The notes beneath the pieces were generated by a model. It saw only the letters and a program-made list of their open reading frames with translations. It was not told the origin of the DNA and did no database searches. Source: Octopus sinensis (Eukaryota). Taken from it: 64,000 bases of DNA. Positions within the stretch are counted from its first letter, which is position 1. Each line of letters opens with the position of its first letter. The stretch is from NCBI RefSeq assembly GCF_006345805.1, contig NC_043013.1:35402001-35466000 (forward strand), written 5' to 3'. Below are positions 1 through 12,305 of the stretch, piece after piece. A program made the position numbers and the translations under genes.

Positions 1-139
1 AACATGACTTAACTTTAGATTTCCATAGCATTTCAGGCACAATAAATAAACAATTTGCTGAAAGCCTGAAATTTGAAGACATTGTCCTTCATTTAAAAAG
101 CAAATTATCAAAACAGAAGAACTACTTTATTTACATTAT

Positions 140-405
140 TTACATTTGACGGATACTTGTCCTCATCTTGTTTGTGGTTAACACAATGTTTTGGCTGATA
201 TACCCTCCAGCCTTCATCAGGTGTCTTGGGGAAATTTTGAACCTGGGTTCTCATTCCTAAGATATTTTTCAATGTTATTATTATTATTATTGTTATTCAG
301 GTCACTGCCTGGAATTGAACTCAGAATATGACATAGTGATTAAGAGTGCAGGCTACTAACCCCAAGATTCTGAGTTCGATTCCAAGCAGTGACATGAATA
401 ATAAA

Positions 406-454
<49 letters not shown>

Positions 455-455
455 T
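140..455. mobile_element. SINE family E: minus-strand tail plus partial head (140-327) joined head-to-head to a plus-strand tRNA-like head and (AAT)n (328-455)
   Basis: Same sequence blocks as 32214-32640 and 45555-45980. Degenerate A box TGACATAGTGA and B box GTTCGATTCC on the plus strand. Confidence 0.8.
180..225 (-). ncRNA. Decayed type I hammerhead ribozyme motif (family E)
   Basis: Minus strand reads gacac CTGATGA A GGCTG n10 CAGCC AAAA CATT gtgtt. GAAA to AAAA and CGTT to CATT are CpG-type changes. Confidence 0.6.
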
Positions 456-574
456 CATTCTGAAAAAACATCAAACTGAAGAAAAAAAAAGTTGGGTATG
501 TGAATGTGCCCGTGTGTGTGTGTGTTGATGCATTTGTGCCTTCTTGTCTGAATATCACAGGTATGTTGTAAATG

Positions 575-790
575 AGTGTCCCCACCATACAAGTGGTGTC
601 ATTTGTTTCCAGTCTTCAATGAAGATATGTCCAGTCATTGGAAAATAAAAAAACCTTGCATGGGAGCAAATGAGGGTTGATGCCACAAAGGACATCCAGC
701 TGTAGAAAATCCACCCCCACTGAAATCCATATGACCCATACATGCATTGAATTGTAGATGCCAACATGACAATGACAATAGTGACAAGAA
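575..790 (+). mobile_element. Degenerate repeat (family F) ending in an RTE-type tail
   Basis: Contains aaggacatccagctgtagaaaat, shared with family D. Related pieces at 2455-2515 and 2955-3125. Confidence 0.55.
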
Positions 791-1346
791 CAACAGTAGC
801 GATGATGGCAATGGCAATGACAGTGATGACAAAGATGCTGATGGCTTTGAGAGTGATGACTGAGTAAAACCAGAAATATTTCAATTGACTTGTAAGCATG
901 GTACATTAATTCCATTGGCACCCACCATTTAATTTCAGTTAACTCCGTTGGTACGTCTAATCCTATTATTGTTATTTTCATGAAGTTACCCCACTAGTCA
1001 CCTCTACCTCATCCTTGTATCATCTGTTTGCCATTGCTATTGTCTCCGAGTGAGCCTTTTTCTACTTAGTATGCTGGTACTTTTTTTAATTGTAGTTGTT
1101 ACCCTGAAGTGTGACACTGGTATACTAAACAACGGAAGAACACAAGTCTTATGTTTTTTTTGTTTTTATATATCACCCAGGTTTTTTTATAGGTGTTGTT
1201 CATAAATATGCTTCCAGCCATCTGGTTTCAGGTTCAGCGGGTGGAAACTGAAAGAAATCCATCATATATATGTGTGTATGTGTGTATGTATATGTATATA
1301 TATACATGTTTGTGTGTTTGTGTGTGTATATATATGTATATGTATG

Positions 1347-1378
<32 letters not shown>

Positions 1379-1442
1379 TATATCTATTATGTATATATAT
1401 ATATGTATATATGTATGTATATCTATATCTATATATATATAT

Positions 1443-1655
1443 ATACGACCGCGTGTGTACCGTTGGCGATTTTTTTCCCTCTGTCTTCCCTTCTCTGGAT
1501 CTTTCCTTCTCCTATGTTTCCGACAAAGAGCTCCGCTCAAAACGTTAAACCCTCCTTCTTTCCTTCTTTCCTGAGCGTCCAATAATACTATATTTGTTCC
1601 ACGTCCTCTCATTGTTGTGTTTTTTTGTGCTTTCTTGTTTGGATTAACTTTGTAT
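1443..1655 (+). mobile_element. Short hammerhead-bearing repeat HH-2, copy 1 (motif 1516-1550)
   Basis: Homologous to 36890-37095 and 40210-40395. Reads gttt CCGACAA A GAGC tcc GCTC AAAA CGTT aaac and is flanked by (TA)n. Confidence 0.7.
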
Positions 1656-1659
1656 ATAT

Positions 1660-1720
<61 letters not shown>

Positions 1721-1726
1721 GTATCT

Positions 1727-2114
1727 TTCACTTGTTTCAGTCATTAGACAGCAGCCATGCTGAAGCACCACCTTCAAGAGTTTTGGTCAAATTAATAGGA
1801 ATAGACCCCAGTGCTTATTGTTTTAAACCTTCTACTTATTTTATCAGTCTCTTTTATTGAACCACTGAATTACAGGGAAGTAAACACACCAACACCTGTT
1901 GTCTGGTGGTGATGGGGGAAAACACAGACACAAAGACATGCAAACATACAGAAACATATACAACGGGTCTCTTTCCCGTTTTTATCTACGATATCCATTT
2001 GCAAGGTTTTGGTGAGACTTGGGCTACAGTAGAAAACACTTGCCTAAGGTTCCACACAGTGGAACTGAATCCGTAACCATGTTGTTGGGAAGAAAGCTTC
2101 TTACCACACAGCCA
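1727..2114 (-). mobile_element. tRNA-derived SINE family A (degenerate)
   Basis: Aligns by eye with the family-A copy at 31090-31499. Confidence 0.8.
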
Positions 2115-2137
2115 TGTGTGTGTGCATGTGTGAGTGT

Positions 2138-2185
<48 letters not shown>

Positions 2186-2519
2186 CTGTGTATGCTATTG
2201 TTCAGTTTTATTTCAAGATTTCTTGCCAATAGAAAAAGAAACATTTTCTAACCTAAATCCAAGATTACTTCATTGGAATTTCAACATCAACAACAGGGTA
2301 TTTTTGTTTGTGTGTATGTATGTATGTATGTATGTATGTATGTATGTATGTATGTATGTATGTATGTATGTATGCATGTATTATGTATGTGTGTATATGT
2401 ATGTGTGGGTATTTCTGTTTGTCCCACTTTGCCATAACATTGCATAATGGTCACAAATGAGTGCCACCATGATAAAAACAGTATCATTTGCTTCCAATCT
2501 GGTATTAAGACACATCTCT

Positions 2520-2950
2520 TTTTTTCTTTTTATTTGTTTCAGTCATTTGACTGTGGCCATACTGGAGTACCGCCTTCAGTCGAGCAAATCGACCTCAGGA
2601 CTTATTCTTTGAAAGCCTAGTACTTATTCTATCGGCCTCTTTTGCTGAACCACTAAGTGACGCAGACGTAAACACATCTCCATTGGTTGTCAAGCGATGT
2701 TGGAGGGGACAAACACACACACACACAAACACACACATACACACACACACACACACACATGCACATATATATATATATATATATATATGACGGGCTTCTT
2801 TCAGTTTCCGTCTACCAAATCCACTCACAAGGCTTTGGTCGGCCTGAGGCTACAGCAGAAGACACTCCCCCAAGATGCCATGCAGTGGGACTGAACCCGG
2901 AACCATGTGGTTGGTAAGCAAGCCACTTACCATACAGCCACTCCTGCACC
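2520..2950 (-). mobile_element. SINE family A, full length
   Basis: Head (GGAGTGGCTGTATGGTAAG...GGGTTCAGTCCC on minus), central microsatellite and CR1-like tail. Confidence 0.9.
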
Positions 2951-3624
2951 TATCTGGTCAAGTTTTAACGGTTAGCCATCTTCCAATGGAAGATTAAATT
3001 ACCATGGTTAAAAACAAGCACAAGTAGGGAACCGGAAGAGCATCCAGCTGTAGAAAAATCTTCCTCCATAAATTCCATCTGAACCAAGCAAATATGGAAA
3101 AAAAGATGTTAAAACGATTATATTAATGATTTATTAATTCAGACGAATTTATTAATGCATAAGTATGTTTTAGAATTAACTTTATTTTTAATTCTATTTT
3201 TGTTTAATTGTTACCATTTATCATTTACCATCAGCAATGATAACTACAGCTGGAATAGATACACTAGTTGTCACTATTACTTTGTCATGTATGTAGCGAC
3301 TATCTGAACCATAGCCATTTCACTTTCTACTTAATATGAAATGCAAATGTATTTGTTTGAAGAAATAAATGATTTAATCAGTAAATCATAATCAAAACAG
3401 TGAGATAGAAATTAAAGCATTCTCTTTGATATAAACAATTTTCTTTGATATAGAAAGTAAATATGATGATGGGATACTAAAACGGTACGTTGGAAAGATC
3501 CATCAACTGACTTTCACAGAGAAATGATTCTGTATAAAGAACTGCTTGTTGTTGTTGTATAGTGAGGTAAGGCTGGTAGAGGGTGGGGGTTAGCAGAGTC
3601 ATTTGCATGCCAGACAAAATCATC

Positions 3625-4080
3625 AACATCATTGTCGTTGTCGTTGTCGTTTGACATCTGCTTTCCATGCTGGCATGGGTTGGATGGTTTGACTTAGGAG
3701 TGGCAAACCGGGTGGCTGCACCAGGTTCCAATATGATTTGGTAAGGTTTCTACCGCTGGATGCCCTTCCTAATGCCAACCACTCTGAGAGTGTAGTGGGC
3801 ACTTTTTTTCATTCCACCTGCACAGAAGCAAGTCAGGTGGCACTGGTATTGGCCATGCTCAAATAGTGCATTTTACATGCCACCAGCACGGGTGCTAGTC
3901 AGGCAGCACTGACACTGGCCACACTCGAAAGGTGCTTTTTATGTGCAACCAGCATGGGTGCCAGTCTGGCAGCACTGGCAGCACTGGCATCAACCATGCT
4001 CAAATGGTGTCTTTTATGTGCCACTGGCATGGGTGCCAGTCAGGTGACACTGGCATCAGCCACAACTACGATTTCACTTG
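3625..4080 (-). mobile_element. Family D: RTE LINE 3'UTR remnant
   Basis: Motif ggatgcccttcctaatgccaaccactc plus sub-repeats. Same sequence as the UTR contiguous with the RTE ORF at 40899-41640. Confidence 0.8.
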
Positions 4081-4164
4081 CTTCAGCAGGTTTTCGCAAG
4101 AAATAAATAGCGTTGCAGTGATAATTCTTTTGTCTTTACAGTCTAAGCTAAAAATCTACCAAAG

Positions 4165-4565
4165 TCAAATTAGCCTTCCATTTTTCCAGCATTGATGAAA
4201 TAAAAAGTAGTTGAGCACTTGGGTTGATGTAGCTATTTCCTTCCAAATTTCAAGCTTTGTGCCAATTGTAGAAAGAATTACTATACAGTTTGGTAAAACA
4301 GAAAGCAGCAGAACTGTTAGCACACCAGACAAGATGCTGCTAAGCATTTTGTCCATCTTTACATTCTGATTTCAAATTGCACCAAAGTCAGCTTTGCTTT
4401 TCATATTTTAGCATTAGTGAAATATATACCACCAAGGTCGACTTTGTTGTTCATCCATGCAGGGTCGATAAATTAAGTACCAGTTGTGTACTGGGGTCGA
4501 TCTAATTGACTGGCCCCCCCAAACCCCAGAAAATTTCCGGCCTTGTGCCTTGGGTAGAAAAGAAC
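4165..4565 (+). mobile_element. SINE family B (tail remnant plus one degenerate copy)
   Basis: gggtcgataaattaagtaccagttg...ggggtcgatcta block shared with 26865-27800 and 58112-58337. Confidence 0.7.
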
Positions 4566-5036
4566 AGAAAAGAATCTACTGAAAAATAAACGAATCAACG
4601 TCAAGATATTTCTTTACAAAGCAGACATAGCATTGAGGTAGCTGATTACATATATTATATTTACTTTGGAATTAATCTCCTACCAGTTTCTTTCTCCAAT
4701 TAATAAAATACTCAATCATAATGTACTAACTTTAAATCAATCAACTACACACCTCTGAAGGAAATAACATTGACCTTATACTTCTTGAAGAAAACAATAT
4801 TTCATATCTGTTTCAATACTAAATATATAAAACTAAATTTGAAGAAAAAAGTGTATAGAAAAATACATTGGGACTGAATTAATCTATTTTATTAGTACTA
4901 ATGTTTTATATTCGAGATAAAATGTACTGCTTTTTAAATTGAGTTAAGATAATATATATGTATTATTCCAAAATCCATCTATTGCTATTTCCTGAATGAA
5001 TATGTTTGTGTGTGTGTATATATATATATATCAAAA

Positions 5037-5160
5037 TATCCAGAGGTAATGCAGTACAATCGTATCATGCAACTCCATTTAATTGAACAATGCAATCATT
5101 ACATCAATTTAAAATGCAGAGCAATCCTCAGCTGCACAAAGACATAGAATTTAATTAAAT
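5037..5160 (-). mobile_element. Hammerhead-bearing repeat HH-4, copy 1 (motif 5050-5136)
   Basis: Reverse-complement homolog of 39950-40075. Reads tgcag CTGAGGA ... GATA CGATTG TA ctgca. Confidence 0.65.
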
Positions 5161-5607
5161 AAGAACAGATGGACACATTAGTATAATTATACCTAAAATC
5201 TACAAGGTGTTAAGGAGATAGACAAAGGAGATGCTGTCTCACTCCAGTTTAGAAGTTACTGAATTTTCAAGAAGATATATATTGTTACAGACTCTGCCTG
5301 TCACTGATTTTTTGTTTTTATGGGGTCAGTTTTAATTTTAATGTATAGACTAGTTTATCAAATCCCTTGTATATCTAAGGCTGAGAGAACAGAGGGCAGC
5401 ATCTGTTAGGGGTAGGGCTGAGGGAGCAGACAGATATCATAGTTGGTGTAGTCATAAAAATCAAGATTTATTAGAAGCAATATCATGAGGTTTGGTAAAT
5501 ATATATATGTGTGTGTATATATATATAGATCGACCCCAGTACACAACTGGTACTTAATTTATCGACCCTGCATGGATGAACAGCAAAGTCGACCTCGGTG
5601 GTATATA

Positions 5608-6038
5608 TACTCTTTACTCTTTTACTCTTTTACTTGTTTCAGTCATTTGACTGTGGCCATGCTGGAGCACCGCCTTTAATCGAGTAACTCGACCCCGGGA
5701 CTTATTCTTTTTGTAAGCCCAGTACTTATTCTATCAGTCTCTTTTTGCCAAACCGCTAAGTAATGGGGACATAAACACACCAGTATCGGTTGTCAAGCAA
5801 TGCTAGGGGGACAAACACAGACACACAAACACCCACATGCGTATATATATATATATATATATATATACATACATACGACGGGCTTCTTTCAGTTTCCGTC
5901 TACCAAATCCACTCACAAGGCTTTGGTCGGCCTGAGGCTATAGCAGAAGACACTTGCCCAAGATGCCATGCAGTGGGACTGAACCCAGAACCATGTGGTT
6001 GGTAAACAAGCTACTTACCACACAGCCACTCCTGCACC
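5608..6038 (-). mobile_element. SINE family A, full length
   Basis: Tail (TTTTACTC)n, central (TA)n, head ends cacacagccactcc. Confidence 0.9.
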
Positions 6039-6069
<31 letters not shown>

Positions 6070-6091
6070 ATGTGTATGTGTTTGTGGTTGC

Positions 6092-6125
<34 letters not shown>

Positions 6126-6810
6126 GTAAAATTCTATTATAATATATGGTAAAAATGGTGATGATAAAGATTTATTCTAATGATCATGGAAACAATAATG
6201 ATGAAGAGGATGATGACAACGATGACAACGATGACAATGATGATAAGGAAGAGAAGGATGCAGTGTGGTGGTGGTGGTGGTGGTGGTGGTGGTGGTAGTG
6301 GTGGTGGTGATGGTGGTGGTGATGGTGGTTGTAGTGTTAGCGAGAGGAGGAGAGGAGGAGTTATAGGAGATAATCGCTATGACAAGTGTTGTAATGAAAT
6401 CATTATGATTTCAATAGCAGCGATAGATGATGATGATGATGATACTGCTGCCAGTGATATAAAACAGCATATATTGTTTACATTCTCTTATGTAAACTGT
6501 TTATCAAGCAAAATCATCTGGCTTCCTTGTGACATTTCTTAAATCATTATCCGAAATCTTTGCTAATTAAGAATTATTCCCTCCTTTGCAGCAATTGAAA
6601 AATTTCTAACCATCCTCAGAGTTTTCTTAATTCCTTCTCTATTGACTAATTAAGTTTTCAGAAAATTCATATTTTCAATTAATATTTTCAGGCAGTTTCT
6701 GAGAATAATTATACACACATACAACATCTATACACACGATTATATTATTACATACACAACACATATATACATATACATACATACACACATACACATATAT
6801 AGATATATGT

Positions 6811-6859
<49 letters not shown>

Positions 6860-7579
6860 AGCTAATCTTATTATTATATATTATTATATCTACTGTTATT
6901 TATTATCAAAAGATTTCTACATTTATTGATATTTCTATACAATTTATTCCTATAATCAAGCAATTATCTAAAAGTCTATGGAAATAACACAATAGTAAAT
7001 TGTCAAAAATAAGTCAGAAGAAAAGAGGAAAAACATAATAGAAGAATGTTGTGTAGTTGTGCATATTCCCAACAGAGGGCAGCAAAGTATGAATACTGAG
7101 GTTATTGGAAAAGTTTATATTCTGACTGATAAACGGTCATATATATAAAGGTAGTGATATACACATGCTGCATAATTAGCCAGATACAAATTGCTACATA
7201 CATATATATATACACACATATATATATATACACACACACATATATATATATATATATACATATATGCATATATGTACACATATATATATATACATATATG
7301 CATATATGTACACATATAGACTGATATATGCATTTTCATATGCAGAGCTATTTTATTTTATATACATATTCTCAAGCATACACTAGCATAGCTAGCATGC
7401 CCCAGGCAGAGTTTTTATGGGGGCGGCACCACTTTTGGGTCTGCTGTAGACAATATGTATTCTTTGTGGAACCCAGGCTGGAAAACTGGAGGGCTACCCC
7501 GAGTGGCACACATTCTAGCTATGCCAGTCCAGGCGCAGACTCTCTGATAAAAACTTTGGTTTCCAGCTTTATGGTGTTC

Positions 7580-7960
7580 AGTTTAGTTCTATACTGTATG
7601 ACACCTTGAGCAAATGTCTTCTACTATAATGCTAGGCTGACCAAAGTTTTCTGAATGGATTTTGGCTGATGGAAACTGAAAGAAGCCCATTGTATATATG
7701 TGTATGTATATGTATGTGTGTATATATGTGTGTTCGTGTTGTTGTGCTTGTGCTTGTCCCCCACCACTGTTTGATAACTGGTGTTGGTTTGTTTTCAACC
7801 CTGTAACTTAGAAGTTTGGCAAAAAGACATTGATTGAAGAAATACCAGGAGTTTAAAAAAATAAGCACTGGGGGTGGGGAGGGTCAATTCATTTGACCAG
7901 AACCCTTCAAGGTGGTGCCCCAGTATGGCCACAGTCCAATGACTGAAACAAGTAAAAGAT
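7580..7960 (+). mobile_element. SINE family A, 5'-truncated
   Basis: From caccttgagcaaatgtcttctac to ccagtatggccacagtccaatgactgaaacaag. Confidence 0.8.
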
Positions 7961-8109
7961 AAAAGAAAGTGATGCATATACTCCATAACTGGCCACATTC
8001 AAATCAATGTATACAAGCGCATGCACACAAATACACACACACCACATACATAGAGTTATTTTATACACACATTCACCTCTTCCAATGTCCCCTCTCCTTT
8101 CAAAATACC

Positions 8110-8427
8110 TTGTTTTGCAAGTTACTTGGTGACCCTGCCGGTGCTGGTGTCACATAAAAAAGCATCCAGTCCACACTGTGAAGTGGTTGGTATTTGGAAG
8201 GGCATCCAGCTGTAAAAACCATGCCAAAACTGACCTCATCTGCGCTGGTGCCACATAAAAAGCACTCAGTCTGCTCTGGATTGGTTTGCTGGTTGGTTGG
8301 TGTTAGGAAGGGCATCTAGCCATAAAAAACCATGCTCAAAACAGACACAGATGCCTGGTGCAGTCTTCTAACTGGCTGGCTCCTGTCAAACTATCAAACC
8401 CATGCCAGCATGGAAGTTGGATGTTAA
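8110..8427 (+). mobile_element. Family D: RTE 3'UTR remnant
   Basis: Contains taggaagggcatc and ends cccatgccagcatggaagttggatgttaa. Confidence 0.75.
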
Positions 8428-8630
8428 CCCTTTTGAAACCAGCCTGGCTGAAGCCAGCTCTGGCTCTGTAGTACAAATGTCTTGCTTTCATAAGTTTTGA
8501 ATTAAAATCTTCCACCAGATGTTACTCACAATTTATGCTCCTAACACTAGTTTAATGATAATTAAGTTATTTTACTAAATTCTTTGTTATATTTAAAATA
8601 ATTGAAAGAAACACAGAGCAACACAGGAAA
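8425..8630 (+). repeat. Unclassified repeat starting TTAACCC (possible piggyBac-type end); homolog at 38143-38365
   Basis: Shared block ttactaaattctttgttat...taattgaaa. Both copies start at ttaaccc. Confidence 0.4.
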
Positions 8631-8754
8631 ACTATAATCGTCCCTAAATGTGACTAGAATGTTAGAAACACCTACATTGCTAGAAATAAGAGCTAAAATG
8701 CTCTAATGCTGTAGTCAAAGAACAGAATTGCATACAGAAATCACCATTCGAGAA

Positions 8755-9183
8755 TTATTCCACCAGGGTTTGCAGGAGGTCATTGTTGAGCTTTATGGAT
8801 CTTCCAGGATGAGGCTCTTCTTCTAGGCTGTAGAAGATGAGCCGGAATTTCTGGAACCACAATTGAAACAGAGTTACGCTTATCATCCAATCCCCACATA
8901 CTGCTTTGATATTCGTCGCACTTTCCGTTGTGTTGCTGCCTTTATTGAACTCATAAAGCAAAATATGCCAAATATGCTCCTTTCTAACTTCCATTATAGC
9001 TTTGAAAAAAATAACTGTTAAAATTGAACAGCACTCTTCAAAACCTTGACTAAGAATAAGTACAAGGTAAAATTATCACCTGCTTTTATAGCAAGTTGAT
9101 GCAGGTAGTTTATCCTGTCCCTTTCCGACTTTTAGTTCACGCAACTGAAAAAAACTGCATTACTTATGGGATGACCCAATATA
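8755..9183 (-). mobile_element. Mariner transposon 5' fragment: TIR plus transposase N-terminal HTH (pseudogene)
   Basis: ORF 8994-8755 EHIWHILLYEFNKGSNTTESATNIKAVCG...WFQKFR...EEEPHPGR resembles mariner N-termini. Mariner-like TIR TATTGGGTCATCCCATAAGTAATGCAGTTTT at 9181-9151, next to TA. Confidence 0.85.
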
Positions 9184-10191
9184 TATTTACAGATAAATGA
9201 TTAGCTGCTTTTTTTATTATAGAGCAAATGTGACTTATTTGGAGAAACATTATTTCCATTATTCACACATCATCACTCTTGTAATGCAACACTTTGTAAT
9301 TTTGGTTCAAATTGAAAGTGTGAAACTATTTTCACTTTCTATTGAAACCTGGTCATTGTAGAGCAGTGCCTTTCAAATAACTAAAGCTGGTTGTTAAGAT
9401 AAATATGCGAATGAAAATAGGCAAATGAAAATAAAGTTTATTTGGTAGCTGAAAGATTACTAAATCTTTTGATACCCCATACATCAAAATCAGCAGCTCA
9501 GTTTCCGAATGCATAAGGAACATACGCACATACGCACATACAAACTCTCTTTACATATATTGATATATGGATATAAAATGTCAGCTAAACCTTTTGTGAA
9601 TTATAAGTGTCAATATGGCTCCCATGATCTTAATTGGACAAGAGATATGCTTTCCTATATAAAAGATACTGAAGATTTCTTAATGAGAATACCAAAACTT
9701 AGAAACTACAAGTTAATGGAACACTTCACTGTGCTGCTGAAACTGGTCTGGTTACGGCAGTGAGTTTTATTCAATGCTGTAAAACTATTATTGAGAAAAC
9801 CTCCTTGTTCCTGGTTCAGAACCTAATGAAAATTTCTTTCAGACAAGGGGAAAAATTTTGGTATTTCGAAGTGTGTTCATAGTAACCACAGATTAGCAGC
9901 CGATCTTAATATGTAGCACAGGATCTTTAACTGTACAGTTCAACATAGCTGACCTTCATACAAGGTTGCGACAACATCAATAGAATAAATAAATTAATTA
10001 ATATATAAACAAATAAATAAGTAAGTGTGCATAGACCAAAGGAAGTCAAGTTCCCAAGAGACAAACTGAAGCAAGAACAATAATAACATTAAAAAGTAAC
10101 TAGAAATTGCTGAAAAAATACAATAAATATCTATCTATGTATATCTGCCCATCTCTCCTGCTCACTTACACTCTGTCTGTCTCTTTCTCTC

Positions 10192-10234
<43 letters not shown>

Positions 10235-10407
10235 CACACACACACACACATATATACATATATACATATGTGTGTGTGTGTATATGTATATATATATAAG
10301 GACACAGGAAAAAATGTGTCGAAGCCATCAGGAAGCGTCGATGCTTCCTAGGGCTAAACAGCGGTGGTGTAATCCCCTACCGTCACGTTAGATTGACAGT
10401 ATACAAC

Positions 10408-10526
<119 letters not shown>

Positions 10527-10544
10527 TATACATATAAGTATATA

Positions 10545-10660
10545 TCATCATTGTCATCATCACTTAACATTCGTTTTCCATGCTGGCATGGGTTGGATGG
10601 TTTGACTGGAGCTGGCCAGCTGGAGAGCTATCCAGACTCCAATTATTTGTTGTGGTGTGT
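10545..10660 (-). mobile_element. Family D tail remnant
   Basis: (CAT)n followed by ttttccatgctggcatgggttggatgg. Confidence 0.7.
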
Positions 10661-10918
10661 GTTCTGCAACTGGCAGAGCAATACTAATAACCTGTCATTA
10701 AAACTCAATATATCTATGCTTTAAAATGAAGTATTAGGTTAGTACAGAGAATAATATAAACATGAATTATGTAATCAACTTCATTAGCTTACAGCTCTTT
10801 CTGCTGCAAGAAGCTGTGTGCTCAGAGTTTAGTACTTGTGCATCACCTTATAGTTTCCATAATCTATTAAAACGAAGTGTAATAAAATTCAATTATAAAA
10901 ATAGCCCAAAATAAATGT

Positions 10919-11340
10919 ATACTCTTTTTACTCTTTTACTCTTTTACTTGTTTCAGTCATTTGACTGTGGCCATGCTGGAGCACCACTTTTAGTTAAGAA
11001 AATCGACCCCAGAACTTATTCTTTGGAAGCCTAATACTTATTCTATCAGTCTCTTTTGCTGAACCGCTAAATTACAGGGACGTAAACACACCAGCATCGG
11101 TTGTCAAGCAATGTTAGGAGGACAAGCACAGACACACAAATACACACACACACATATATATACATATACATATATACGACGGGCTTCTTTCAGTTTCTGT
11201 CTACCAAATCCACTCCCAAAGCTTTGGCCGGCCTGAGGCTATAGTAGAAGACACTTGCCGAAAGTGCCATGCAGTGGGATTGAACCTGGAACCATGTGGC
11301 TGGTAAGCAAGCTACTTACCACACACCCACTCCTGTACCT
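10919..11340 (-). mobile_element. SINE family A, full length
   Basis: Same blocks as the other family-A copies. Confidence 0.9.
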
Positions 11341-11923
11341 ATATGTACTAAGAGAGAAAAAATATTTTCAGTATCATACACATAGTATGAGCAGTGAGCT
11401 GGCAGACTCGTTAGCACACCAGGCACAATGCTTATGGCATTTCGTATGTCTTGGACATTCTGAATTTAAATTTTACCAAGGTGGACTTAACCCCGAAATT
11501 GCTGGCTTTGTGCCAAAATTTGAAGCCAATATCATACACATAGTATTTGAAAAGCATGTCTTCAACAGGTCTTCTCAATATGCTCTGCTTGTGAAGACCT
11601 GTTGAGTCAAGTGAAATCATTGTCATGGCCAATACCAGTGACACCTGACTGGCACCAATGCTGGTGGCATGCAAAAAGCACCATTCGAGTGTGGCACTTA
11701 AAAAGCACTGTTCTACCTTTTAATAAAAGATAGTTTAGATAATCCATTCCAGCATGCTCTTAAAACGGTGTGTTGGTCATGGCTAGTATTCACAACAACA
11801 AACTCATACCTTCTTAATGAGTGGTGTAGCTAAGATCTAAGGTCAGTGGGAGTAAGTACATAAAAAAGAAGTGTTGTGACACATACAAAGCACTTTTTAA
11901 ATTCATTTCTCTTATATCATACA

Positions 11924-12305
11924 TGGAGGTGCAATAGCCCAGTGGTTAGGGCAGCGGACATCACAGTCATAGGATCGCAGTTTCGATTCCCAGACTGGGC
12001 ATTGTGAGTATTTATTGAGCGAAAACACCTAAAGCTCCATGAGGCACCAGTAGGGGTGGTGGTGAACCCTGCTGTACTCTTTCACCACAACTTTCTCTCA
12101 CTCTTTCTTCTTGTTTCTGTGGTACCTGTATTTCAAAGGGCCGGCCTTGTCACAGTCTGTGCCATGCTGAATCTCCCCGAGAACTACATTAAGGGTACAT
12201 GTGTCTGTGGAGTTCTCAGCCACCTGCACATTACTTTCATAAGCAGGCTATTCTATTGATCGGATCATCTGGAACCCTCATTGTCATAACCGATGGAGTG
12301 CCACA
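11924..12305 (+). mobile_element. tRNA-derived SINE family C
   Basis: Head gcaatagcccagtggttagggcagc...gtttcgattccc (A and B boxes). Homologs at 28734-29046 and 55686-56068. Confidence 0.85.
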
